DNA of 64,000 nucleotides from Convolutriloba macropyga (Eukaryota): NCBI RefSeq assembly GCF_964194025.1, contig NC_134469.1, positions 81,096,001 to 81,160,000 of the forward strand, read 5' to 3'. Shown piece by piece: positions 1 to 10,446 of this stretch (position 1 is its first letter; each line of letters starts with the position of its first letter). The notes under the pieces were generated by a model. It saw only the letters and a program-made list of their open reading frames with translations, ran no database searches and was not told where the DNA came from. The position numbers and the translations under genes were made by a program.

Positions 1-492
1 AGTTGGTACCCAATCTTCATTGCAAACCAACTGAGCGAAATATTGGAGTACGGCAGCGTTTGCCTAACCAAACCCCGTTGCCACTTCTGCTAAAAACATT
101 GCAATTTTTCTTACTTCAAGCAATCTTGCAATGAATGACCCTTCTGAAATTGGAACTAGAAGTCGCACAGGCGTAAAAAATTTGTTGAACGCTAACCGTG
201 CTTATGTTTTCTTTGAGTGGACTGAAAGTATCATAATTTTGCATCGTGGATGAAATCAAAAAGTAAGCACCCAATCTACATGTCAAACAAGGTGAGAAAA
301 AAGGTGAGTATGCTAGCGTTTGACCAGTGGAATTTTTGGGAGCGCTGACCGTCGTTAAAGTATTTGTGTGGACTGTTAACACCACCCTTCTGCAACGGAA
401 AAAGACATCAAGTTAGCACCCAAGTTTCACTGCAAACCACGTGATGAAAATTTTAGTATTTCGCCAGTGTGTGACTAATAGAACCACGTTGT
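1..492. repeat. Diverged direct repeat (1-80 vs 411-491)
   Basis: agttggtacccaatcttcattgcaaacca vs agttagcacccaagtttcactgcaaacca, colinear for about 80 bp. Confidence 0.5.
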
Positions 493-883
493 AATCTGTG
501 ATTATTCGGTCGATTCCCGCACCATGGAATTCAAGTTGAGGTTTGCAACCCAGTAGCAGGTTGAAATTTTTGAAAAAGTAAATATAAAGTTGAAAATCTT
601 TAGCTTGTGCCTTACATTAAAAACGACATTTTAGCCCATGAAAAACTTGATGAAAACATCTCATTTTTACCTACCTCTGCAACCAAGTTTGTCAAACAAC
701 AAATTAATTTTCTGACCGTTTGATAACTTCAGCTTCATCAAACACTCCTCCGAATATCTTCCTACATGCTCCACTTTTTTACCGTCACGCAAAAGTTACC
801 GTAACAACAATGGCAGCAAAGACGATCTTGCAGAGCTTGACGAAGCTGAGCGTCACCGACCAGTATTTTGTTCAAAAAATATT

Positions 884-1047
884 CGACCTATTCTATTTCG
901 CCCTTCCAGTGTTTTTATGACCCGCATTTACAAAATCCATGTTGTTATGTAGCACGTAATTATGTAAGAAAATAGCACGTGCGTCTGGGCGTAATAAAAA
1001 AGTATGCTCACTTAGCTGGGAGGGGAGGGGCGAAACAGACTAGATCC
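884..1047. mobile_element. MITE family A copy (~160 bp; TIR ~GGATCTATTCTGTTTC)
   Basis: Ends are complementary (cgacctattctatttcg ... cgaaacagactagatcc). Core TATGTAAGAAAATAGCACGTGCG is shared with other copies. Confidence 0.7.
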
Positions 1048-2219
1048 GAATGATCAAGAACCGCAAAAAAACTTTGTTGACAGCAAACTCGTCAAAACGA
1101 TCTAGACTTTTCTCAGTTCTCATCGTATTGCTGAGCTAATGGTCTCATCCGTTCTTCTCATCAACTCCGGTGACTAGTGGAAATTAACTTTGTCACTAAG
1201 ATTCCTATCCTGCTGGATACGCATCATAATTTTGTTTAATTTTTTTGGAGCAGACTCACGTATAAACATATCATGAACGCAACTTCTATTTGCAAGCTAA
1301 AGAACAAAACGTAATGCAGACCTCAAATTACGTTATCAACTGCGTTTCATTAAATTGGCATTTATTTTGTGCAGAAGTTCTGCGCGGCAACGATTCAAGC
1401 AATTAAAGCTAAACTTCCGGAGAGAGAGACTTGCATATTAGATTTTTTCACTAACCAACCTCAGGTATGATGAGTTTCGCCGATTTTATCTCACTGGCTG
1501 CCGGATAATCAAGAAGAGTTGGGGGTTCCTCTTCAACTGGCTCGTTATTTTTGCTTTCAATATTGAACTCACCTCATCCATGGATGCTAGTTCCTTCGTA
1601 ATTGAAATTGAACGGTTCATTTGTTGCTTCGCGCTGTTGTATGTCTTCATTTATATGCTCAGATTTTTGTACGAATTTCATCGAAGTGTATAAAAAGCTC
1701 CGTGAGAATACTGAAAAAATGAGTGCCCTTAACATTGTCGAGTAGTGTGCACATGAAAGCACCATGTGGAAGTTTAATCCGGCATTCGCGCCGCACCAAT
1801 ATGAAACCTGAGAGGCTGGATCTTAGTTCTCGGAGAGAATTGTATCCAATACTCGGGAGAACTCGTTCATACTGTTTGAACAAACGTACTTTGGGCATTC
1901 AAATACTAGGTATTCGAATGAGCATTGAACCTGCGTCAGCTAACGCACGCAAGCTTTGATTTGTCCAATATTAGTAAAGTGACACCTACACACGTTTTAC
2001 TCGGTAACCAGAAGACCAGAAATCCTTTAGGTGTTGGCGTTTTCAAATTTAATCCTTGTAAAAAAAACAGTTGTGAACAACAAATCGCGCGCAGTCGTAT
2101 GCCAATGCAGTTTGGGCACGTTCGCATAAAGAGTATGTACCTTTTGTGAACCATAGACCTAAGTGGCAAACGGCTGCCGAGCAGCAATTCGAGTTCCACG
2201 ACTCAGTTTGGATAATCAA

Positions 2220-2389
2220 TTTGGAACTATTCTTTTTTGGCCCCCTCAGCTCAGTGAGCATAATATTTTATGACCCCCAGGCGCACGTGCTTTTTTCTTA
2301 CATAGTAACGTGCTATATAACAACATATGATTTGTAACTGGGGGTCGAAAAAAACAGTGGGGGGTGGGTTCGAAACAGAAGAGATCCGT
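2220..2389 (-). mobile_element. MITE family A copy, inverted relative to 884 and 2416 copies
   Basis: Contains the reverse complement of the core (gcgcacgtgcttttttcttacatagtaacgtgcta) and has TIR-like ends. Confidence 0.7.
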
Positions 2390-2415
2390 CAACTTCCGTT
2401 GAGATTACTATAAAT

Positions 2416-2664
2416 TTGGATCTATTCTATTTCAGCCTCAAGTGTTTTTTATGACCCCCAATTACAAATTGTATATTGTTTTTTAGCACGTTACTATGTA
2501 AGAAAATAGCACGTGCGCCTGCGGGTCATAAAAACTCTTGCTCACTAAGCTGGGGGGGGACAGAATAGATCCGAAAAGTTGAGCAAAAATGGAACAAAAA
2601 TCGAATGAGATCTAAGAAGAAAATGTACGCTCACTAAGCTGGGGGACCGAAACAGAATAGATCC
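2416..2664. mobile_element. MITE family A full copy (2416-2575) plus partial copy (2625-2664)
   Basis: ggatctattctatttc ... acagaatagatcc TIRs; internal inverted repeat tttttatgacccc / gggtcataaaaa. Confidence 0.72.
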
Positions 2665-2816
2665 AGTCATTTATATTGGTTGCGCTTTTTTCAGTCCTGA
2701 AAAATTTAGGTTTGAAGGAACGTTTTGTTGACAAAACCTATACCAAGTTCTGTCAAAAAACATTGGTAGATCTGCAGTTTTTGACGCCATTGCTATTGCC
2801 TTTTTATCGTGATGAC

Positions 2817-3268
2817 TATAGTAAGTCCCATAAAGTTGCAACGCAATCGAACGTTCGAAAAACTCTCGACATGCAAATGAACAACGAAATCCTAATCTCC
2901 GCATGTTTTAAATGTGAACTTTGACCTTTGAAACGTTCGATAGCGTTGCAACTTTATGGGACTGACTAGTAAGTCCCATAACGTTGCAACGCAAGCGAAC
3001 GTTCGAAAAACTCGAGGCATGCAAACGATCATATTTTGGCCAGACATTTGCATGTTTTAAATTTGACCTTCGACCTTTGAAACGTTCGATTGCGTTGCAA
3101 CTTTATGGGACTGACTAGTAAGTCCCATAAAGTTGCAACGCAAGCGAACGTTCGAAAAACTCGAGGCATGCAAACGATCATATTTTGGCCAGACATTTGC
3201 ATGTTTTAAATTTGACCTTCGACCTTTGAAACGTTCGATAGCGTTGCAACTTTATGGGACTGACTATA
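2817..3268. mobile_element. Three head-to-tail copies of a ~149-bp TA-flanked MITE (Tc1/mariner-like)
   Basis: Each unit runs TAGTAAGTCCCATAAAGTTGCAACGC...GCGTTGCAACTTTATGGGACTGACTA. Units start at 2819, 2967 and 3116, share TA at junctions, and have outer TA flanks. Confidence 0.85.
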
Positions 3269-3444
3269 TTACGCGTTTTTGTCTTGATGTGAGCTGCTCA
3301 ATTGCAGTCAAAATTATGATTGCCATGTTGAAAGATATTATTGCTTACTCTATTATGCTGAATTAATCCAACAATTTTGCGTTTTACAACCTATATGCAA
3401 CTTTCGTAGCAACCAACAGTGCCTTAAGCCCCAAAAGTTGGTCT

Positions 3445-3566
3445 AGGGTCTTTCCCATCATGGCCCCCCTTAGTGGTCAGATAACCTATAGCCCCCCAAT
3501 CATGGTAATTATACCATAATAGGGGCTATAATTTCAAGATGGGGCAGCTATAATGGGAAAGACCCT
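3445..3566. mobile_element. MITE family B (~120 bp, TIR AGGGTCTTTCCCAT)
   Basis: Perfect 14-bp inverted ends at 3445-3458 and 3553-3566. Related copies at ~3815-3947 and 4230-4321, and inverted at ~9054-9173, 13165-13285 and 17290-17410. Confidence 0.75.
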
Positions 3567-4229
3567 TGGTTTAAGCACGTTATTGTTTAAAAAAATAGTT
3601 CGGGGGTGGCATAAACAGTTGTATACCGAGTAGGCCAAGAACCAAAGGATCCCTCAATAGATACCAATTAAAGGATTCTAAATATAAAATAACATACCTT
3701 GACCCTGCAAAGCAGCTACTAGGCAAAGTGGAGGGTGGTGAGGTGACAATATATCAGTTTGTGGACATAGGCTTAGTTAAATCATTATTACAGACCCATC
3801 CATCACCGATCCTGGTGGGAGTTTTAAATTCGAAATCTGCCCCACCCCCCTTAGTGGTCCTATAACTCTTACGCCCCTCAAGCGAGTGTTCTATTTTATA
3901 CATAAAAGCATGTGTGGAGGGAGGGTTGCTATAATGGGTAACGCCCATGCTTTTTCCATAACTAATAAATCAGGACTTATCTCTCTCTAGCCCTTCGGTT
4001 GACTAAATTAGGACCCTTCCTCCTCGCTCCTCCATCGTATCCATTAACATGTAAAAGACGAAACGTTGACGTTAAAGAGTTTGAAAGTACCAAGTACTAA
4101 CGCAAACGAGAAACGACTAGTTGAAATAATTCTCCACGGTTGAGGTACAGGATATATCCCCCCTCGTTTGTTTTATGCCCCTAATTAAAATTAAGGCGTT
4201 GTTTATATAACACGTTACAATGCAAAAAA

Positions 4230-4830
4230 TAGGGTTCTTCCAGTTATAACCCCCTATTATGGTAATTATACCACAATAGGGGGCTATATATTCATGGGGG
4301 GGTATAATATTAAGGACCCTAACATAGCACGTACGCCTGGGGGTATGAAAGTTATATTGACCACTAAGCGGGAGGGGAACAGAATAGAACCGAGGTCCTA
4401 AAAAAACCCTTTGGGCGAAAGAATAGATCCAAATTAGCAATCATAACTGGCAAATCGGACCGGCCTAGGCTTAATTAAAAGTCATTTTTTACCTAAAGTG
4501 CTTCGAAAGAATATAGATCTGTCACATCATAGAACCTCATCAGGGTAGTTATACGATAAATGTCTGTTGTCGTGGGGGGGGGGGGGCTTTAATGAAAAAT
4601 ATTCAGATATTTTGGGGAGATCTGTTCTGTCCCCCCCCCCTGTCCCCCCCCAGTCCCCCCTCCCAAAAAAAACAATCTAAGGAATGTTATGTAGCACATT
4701 ACTAAGTAAAAAATAGTGCACCCATGGTGACCAATGTTATATGCCCTCTAAGCTGGGGGGGGGGGGGGGGTTTGGATGATAGGGGGGTGGGGTTGGATAA
4801 TGGGGGAGGGGGGTATTGTTAGGGGGTCTG
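4230..4830. mobile_element. Cluster of MITE B copy (4230-4321) and degenerate MITE A pieces (4322-4395, ~4617-4830) with expanded C/G runs
   Basis: tagggttcttcc...aaggacccta; tagcacgtacgcctgggggt...cactaagcggga...cagaataga; agatctgttctgtccccc...atgtagcacattactaagtaaaaaatagtgc...ctaagctgggg. Confidence 0.55.
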
Positions 4831-4993
4831 AATGATCGATGATCGTTCATTGGCCGGTACTCATTTGTGTTCACTTTGAATTGACTTTCGATTTGGAATT
4901 CACTTTCAACTTTCGAGTCACTTATGGTTTTTGAGATCGCCCACTTTTCTGATATTTCACAAGTCCATGGTGAAAAATGTGGCAAGATTTTTC

Positions 4994-5000
4994 TATAAAA
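4994..5000 (+). promoter_or_regulatory. Candidate TATA box (TATAAAA) of the precursor gene
   Basis: TATAAAA about 110 bp upstream of the ATG. An alternative TATATAA at 5081 is probably too close to the ATG. Confidence 0.35.
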
Positions 5001-5104
5001 CTAACGTAATTACTCTCACTAATCGCATAAGCCAGAACTTTTAACATAGATTTATTACAAAGACCTAATAGTTGAAATCGTATATAATTATATACCTATC
5101 GGAG

Positions 5105-5928
5105 ATGAAATTATCAACGTAAGTACTTTCATTATTTAGAACCTGCGATTTTTGTTGTTAAAGAAACAAATTTTTGTTCTTCGGGTAAATCAAATCAAAC
5201 TTACATGAAAAAATTAACGTAACCGTTAATAATCTTTTCAATTTAATGGTCAATGTTCCCCTTTTAGGGTCCTGGCGACGATAGTCGCGGTGAGTACGGT
5301 GATTTTGCTTGTGGTACTAATGGTTTTCGCTCGATACATGGATAAGAAAATGGCCGAGGACAGATACGAATCGCTAAACGGGACAACGACGGCTGAGCCA
5401 GAAGTAGAAGAAAGTTACGCTAACCAGGCTGAAAATGACTCTCGAATCCGTCGCGAAGTTGAACTTGTCGATGACGATCACACCAGTAACGACACTGACA
5501 GCAACTCCACAGATCGAGAGAAGCGAAACGCTTTTTATATTAAAGCTAAATACAGCTATGACAAAAGGAATAAGGCCGCCAAGCATGAAAAACACGGTCA
5601 TCACTCTCGAGAGCGTCGCGAGGTTGAAGTTGTGGAACCTGTCGATAACGATAGCAACGACACTGACAGCAACTCCACAGATCGAGAGAAGCGAAACGCT
5701 TTTTATATTAAAGCTAAATACAGCTATGACAAAAGGAATAAGGCCGACAAGCATGAAAAACACGACAGTCATCACTCCCGAAAGCGACGCGAGGTTGAAG
5801 TTGTGGAACTTGTCGATGACGACGATAGCGCCAGCAACTCGACCAGGCGGGAAAGGAGAAATGCTAATTATATTAAGGCCAAGCATACTTCTGACAAAAG
5901 GCACAAGAATAAGAAGGGCGGCGAGTAA
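5105..5928 (+). CDS. Two-exon secreted repeat polyprotein / peptide precursor, join(5105..5118,5268..5928), 224 aa
   Basis: ATG AAA TTA TCA AC|GTAAGT donor at 5119 and TTCCCCTTTTAG|G acceptor at 5267 splice in frame into the 212-aa ORF. This gives MKLSTVLATIVAVSTVILLVVLMVFA (hydrophobic signal) followed by three units separated by RIRR/REKR/RERR/REKR/RKRR/RRERR. Units 1 and 3 differ by synonymous substitutions. AATAAA lies at 6173. Confidence 0.88.
5119..5267 (+). other. 149-bp GT-AG intron (phase 2) of the peptide precursor gene
   Basis: GTAAGT donor, AT-rich body, pyrimidine tract then TAG acceptor. Splicing restores frame and supplies an ATG that the genomic ORF lacks (it starts at GTG). 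Confidence 0.82.
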
Positions 5929-6172
5929 GAGGAGTTTTTGTATGTCCACAACCAATTCTGCATGGAAAACTGATTCTCAAGTGAATAGCCTTTTTATGCT
6001 CGTCGTATGCTTGTACACTTGACTTTGATATGCCTGGTCATTTTCGATTTTGTATTTCGATGCACCTGAAATATGTTTGCTTTTAATGCATATTGTACAA
6101 CGACTTTGTTTTTTGTCGTTGATGTGCATGCCTAATTTAAAGTAACTACCGTTTAGATAATTCACGAAAATT

Positions 6173-6178
6173 AATAAA
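6173..6178 (+). terminator. Candidate polyadenylation signal AATAAA
   Basis: AATAAA about 245 nt after the stop codon, followed by T/GT-rich sequence. Confidence 0.55.
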
Positions 6179-7099
6179 ACTAGTTTTGTATCCTAGATCA
6201 ATCAAATCAGCGATCCTAAGCGTATGTTGGTAACATTAGCACTGCAATACCTTTGTATGCATTGCCGACATTGCAGACTGAAACGATCCGATTTTGAGAT
6301 CCTGCTATGGGCACCCAGATCCTTCGGGACCTGATTTACAGCACACTAACCATGGTTAAGATAGGTTACAGTGCACCATGACACATGTGTTTTAAGAGGG
6401 TACAGTTGCCCTTGCGGTATGAATTGATGTTCAGCACAAATTTAACGTGTAAATTTTCACGCACAAATTTCTCCCAAAAAAAATAGCCGTGATTCTCTAA
6501 ATAGTAAATTTATGAACATGTTATGGTTTTGGAAGGTAATTATATTAACCAAGTAACCATCTGACGCAGCTGTCTATATAGCTTAATATCCAGCAATACG
6601 AACATCTACAAATCACGATTAAGTGTGCCACATCTTCAGCACCCATCTCCTAGCTATCCCTATCTACCCGCTTGCTCCCTTTTTTCCTAACCACCAGCTT
6701 TCGCTATCTGTGAAAAATTGACCAAAATTGATAATTCTTCAGCGGAAAAATTGTCTGGGGCCGAAAATTTCAACAAAAGAAACAGCACAAATTCATAAAA
6801 TAAAGGACAAAACGATGAAATAAATACATGACATTTTGAAGCTGCAAATTCAATATTGTACCATTTTTGTAATACACGATACCTTTGGCTTTTTGTTGCT
6901 GTTTTATTGTCAGCCTGCGTTTTAGATGGTTTTGTCACCAAGAATTACAAGGGGTCACTATGGGATATGGGTCAATTTTGGCCCAATAGGGTTCTTTATC
7001 ACTGTTCTATGCCTTGCAAATCCTCGTCCATTTCGTTTGCTTTTTGGGTCGCCTTGACTCTGTTCTGCTCCATTTCCACATCGCCTCCATTTTCACAGA

Positions 7100-8810
7100 T
7101 GGGCTTTCTGAGATTTTGTGGGCATATCCGTAAAATCTTGTTTTAAAGCGATGTGTGCCTGCCATATCTGCATTTACATTGGTAAAGTTCCAATGGCGTG
7201 CCGTTTTGGGGTGTGAATTGAGGTGATTTTAAAAGCTTATTGCTGATATATTGTAAAATAAGCCGTGTCATTGGGAACATTAGTGCTAAATGTTTGGGAA
7301 AATGTTTGTAATAGGAAGTCAAAGTTGGGCATTTGATATTTAATTTTCTACATTGGGTAGTTTAACTTGAGTCAAGTGCTAGTTTTATTGATCGATCTTT
7401 TTTAGCTGTGACTGCAATTGGAGATATACAAAAATTTGGTCCGCACAAATTGAACGTTTTTCTATATGTCCTTCCTTCGCCAAGTTTTCAAGTTCTTTTC
7501 TGACATTTGTTTGAAGATGTATCGGAACATTTTGTCCTATGTGGCGTTACGCTCTGTAGTTTTAATGGAATTTTAATTGCACAATATGTTTCTTTTATTT
7601 TTGATGCAAGTTGTTATTCCCGCAAACTCTTCATGTATTCCTCTTTTAATGGGGCATTGGTCTTCGACAAAATTTTTGTTTTTTAGTGGTTGTTGTGTAA
7701 TACAAATTCCGGATATATCAAAAAGATCTCTTCAATAATTGGACGGTCACTATCTGCAACTACAAGGACTTTTGCTTTTTCGATAGTCCTATTCTTAGCT
7801 CTTACCGGAATTTCGTTTGAATAAGTTCTTAACTCGCTCGTCTTTTTTGGACCATTTTGATTCTACGTTATTTTACGTGATTAGTTTTGCCAAGAGATTT
7901 AAATTTGAACAGGCTCTGAACGAGTCTAATAGCAAAGAACAATAATCTTTTCCTATGGTCAAAATTAAGTCTAGAGGTGCATTTTGTTTGCGAGTTTGAT
8001 TAGAAATTACGGTAAGATTGTCTTCGAACGGGTTGAAATTCGATGAGAACTTTTCATTGTAAATTTCGATGTTATTTACAGGGTTTTCGATTTCATTTTC
8101 AGTTCCAAATTTACTTACCAGTCTAGTATTGGTGTTGTTCCGAAGATCGTTAAAGCGTTTTATAGACATACGTCTGCAAAAAGATTTTCCATCCTTCAAT
8201 GATCATGTTTAAACACTTTGCGCACTTCGGCACTTGTTATTACCTCTGAGATTTTTGTGAAGTTATTGCCTTCGCAATTGTTTATTATTCTTCCAAGTTT
8301 TTTAGGTTTAAAGTCACGCCGCGAAATCGCTGTAGTTGTTGAACTGTTTTTCTTGCAAAATGTTTGATGCAAACCGTTGATAGTTTATGTGAACCGTCTT
8401 CTTGTTGATTGCGATGCTCAGAGTTCTCTATGGTTGTTTTCGATCTATTTCAATATCGGACATGTTAGTGATGAAACAATCCCTGATTACCTCGTATATT
8501 CAATGGGCCTCTAATACCTTGTTTTTGAATTATTCTTATGTTTTATCATTTTTTCTGTTTTCTTGAAAACAAGATGTATCTGTGGATAGTGATGTTTCGA
8601 GGGCGGATGAAGGCATGCTCCAGCAATTGCCATAGTTTTCTTGTTGTTTGGTTGTTGCTTTCCTCGTGGGAAAAATTTTTCGTTAATTTTCATCTCCCTT
8701 CTGTTCCTATAGTTAAGTACAGATGTGAAGCACATTCTTGATCGCACATCGTTGACGGCTTTTCGCCGCACATTATTCAATTATCTATCATTTTTTGACA
8801 TTTCTTGTGT
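7100..8810 (-). mobile_element. Ty3/Gypsy remnant: gag to RT N-terminus (repeated at ~11200-12920 and ~15300-17040)
   Basis: Minus-strand translation includes ISPIAVTAKKDRSIKLALDS (RT N-terminus) plus gag-like segments, with many stops and frameshifts. Confidence 0.8.
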
Positions 8811-9239
8811 TGATTTTGCAGTAAGCATTCAGTGTAATTCCTTGCGTTGATTACAGTGTTTTGCTCCCATTTGATTGCATATATTTTAGATAAAAGCCGA
8901 GTAATTTTTATGACCCCCGGTTACAAATTATATGTTATATAGCCCGTTACAATGTAAGAAGATAGCACGTTGGGGTCTTAAAAGATTTATGTTCACTAAG
9001 CTGGGGGAGGCGAAACCGAATAGATCCGAATTTTTCATCATAATTCGAAATTTGGGCGTTTCCCATTATAGCTCTCCCATGAAATTTTATCCCCCATTAT
9101 AAAATAATTACCAAGTTTGGGGGCTACAAATTTTATTACCACTAAGCTGGGGGGCTTTAATAGGCAAATCCCCAAAGATCACGGAAAGTATAACAAACTG
9201 GCAAATTTTCGAGCCCGGTAGAAGAGTTATTGTAAAGTC

Positions 9240-10446
9240 AAACTGTAGCAGTCTATCAATCCAACGTGTTTATCTGCTATTTTAAAAATCAAGTTGATCT
9301 TTGTTCAAGAATAATTGATAATGATGCTCCATGATCAGTGATGACGTGAATTGATCTACCTTAAAGTATTTGAAATCTTCGATTGCCCAACAACACCTAA
9401 TGATTCCGGATCAAAAAGGCTATTGCGTTCCTCTTTCATACTGAGAAATGGCATTGCAAACACTGTGTTTTACCAACCTCCATCTACTTGCTGCTCTAAT
9501 GCTGCTCCTGGACTTTGGCGTGATGCATTGCATTTGAAACGAGTTATTATATCGACTTTGAAATGTCCGTTTTAAGTGGCCTTTGAAATTCTATTTTCAA
9601 TTTCTTTAAAGTGTTCTTTCTGATTATCATTCTATTCAAACAACATTTTCAGAAAGGTTCTAATGTGTGGCATATTTGTGATAGATTTAGAAAAAAAATT
9701 TCCCAGTTATTGGACTGATCATAGGAAAGAGCGTAATTTTTTCAGATTTCGAGATGACTTTATTGCTTGAACTGCTTCTATTTTGCTGTACAGTGATGTC
9801 ATGCCCGTTGAAGTAAGGTTTCGGCTAAGAAATTTAGTTTTGAGTTTAGCAAAATGACATTTTCGAATGTAAATTTCCAGATTTTCTCTATTAAGATTTT
9901 GGAGGCACTTTCTGACTAGGTTCATATGATCGTCATATGTTCTTTTGCTGAATGTTAAAATATCGCCCTGGGAACAGAATGTATTTTTTAGTCCTATTAG
10001 TGTGTAATTAATGGCTTTCTGAGAATTTGTGGGCATATCCGTAAAATCCTGTTTTAAAGCGATGTGTGCCTGTCATATCTGCATTTACATTGGTAAAGTT
10101 CCAATGGCGTGCCGTATTGGGGTGTGAATTGAGTTGATTTTAACCTTATTGCTGATATATATTGTTGTAAAATAAGCACTGTCATTTGGAACATTAGAGC
10201 TAAATATTTGGGAAAATTTTTGTAATAGGAAGTCAAAGTTGGGCAATTGATATTTAAATTTCTACATTTGGTAGTTTTTAACTTTTGAGTCATGCGCTAG
10301 TTTTGTTGATCGATCTTTTTTAGCTGTGACTTTAATTGGAGATATAAAAAAATTTGGTCCGAACAAATTGAACGTTTTTCTATATGTCCTTCCTTCAACA
10401 AGTTTTCAAGTTCTTTTCTGACTTTTGTTTGAAGATGTGTCGGAAC
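9240..10446 (-). mobile_element. Ty3/Gypsy RT-RNase H remnant (repeated at ~13350-14550)
   Basis: MPTNSQKAINYTLIGLKNTFCSQGDILTFSK...KCHFAK...LKKLRSFL, with the xLDD catalytic motif degraded to SQGD; RNase H KCNASRQSPGAALEQQVDGGW. Confidence 0.85.

Noticed and set aside
2817-3268. CRISPR-like palindromic repeats
   Set aside because: The intervening sequences are themselves repeated; the structure is tandem MITEs.
3695-3812. Minus-strand exon suggested by a CAAG|GTATGT donor and CAG acceptor
   Set aside because: All three frames contain stop codons.
5374-6022. 193-aa minus-strand ORF and 195-aa alternative-frame ORF overlapping the precursor
   Set aside because: These are shadow frames of the repetitive real CDS. 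Synonymous substitutions, splice phase and processing motifs support only the 5290 frame.
9719-10036. Functional or domesticated RT, given three preserved copies
   Set aside because: The catalytic motif is degraded (SQGD) and surrounded by frameshifts; the copies reflect the recent triplication.
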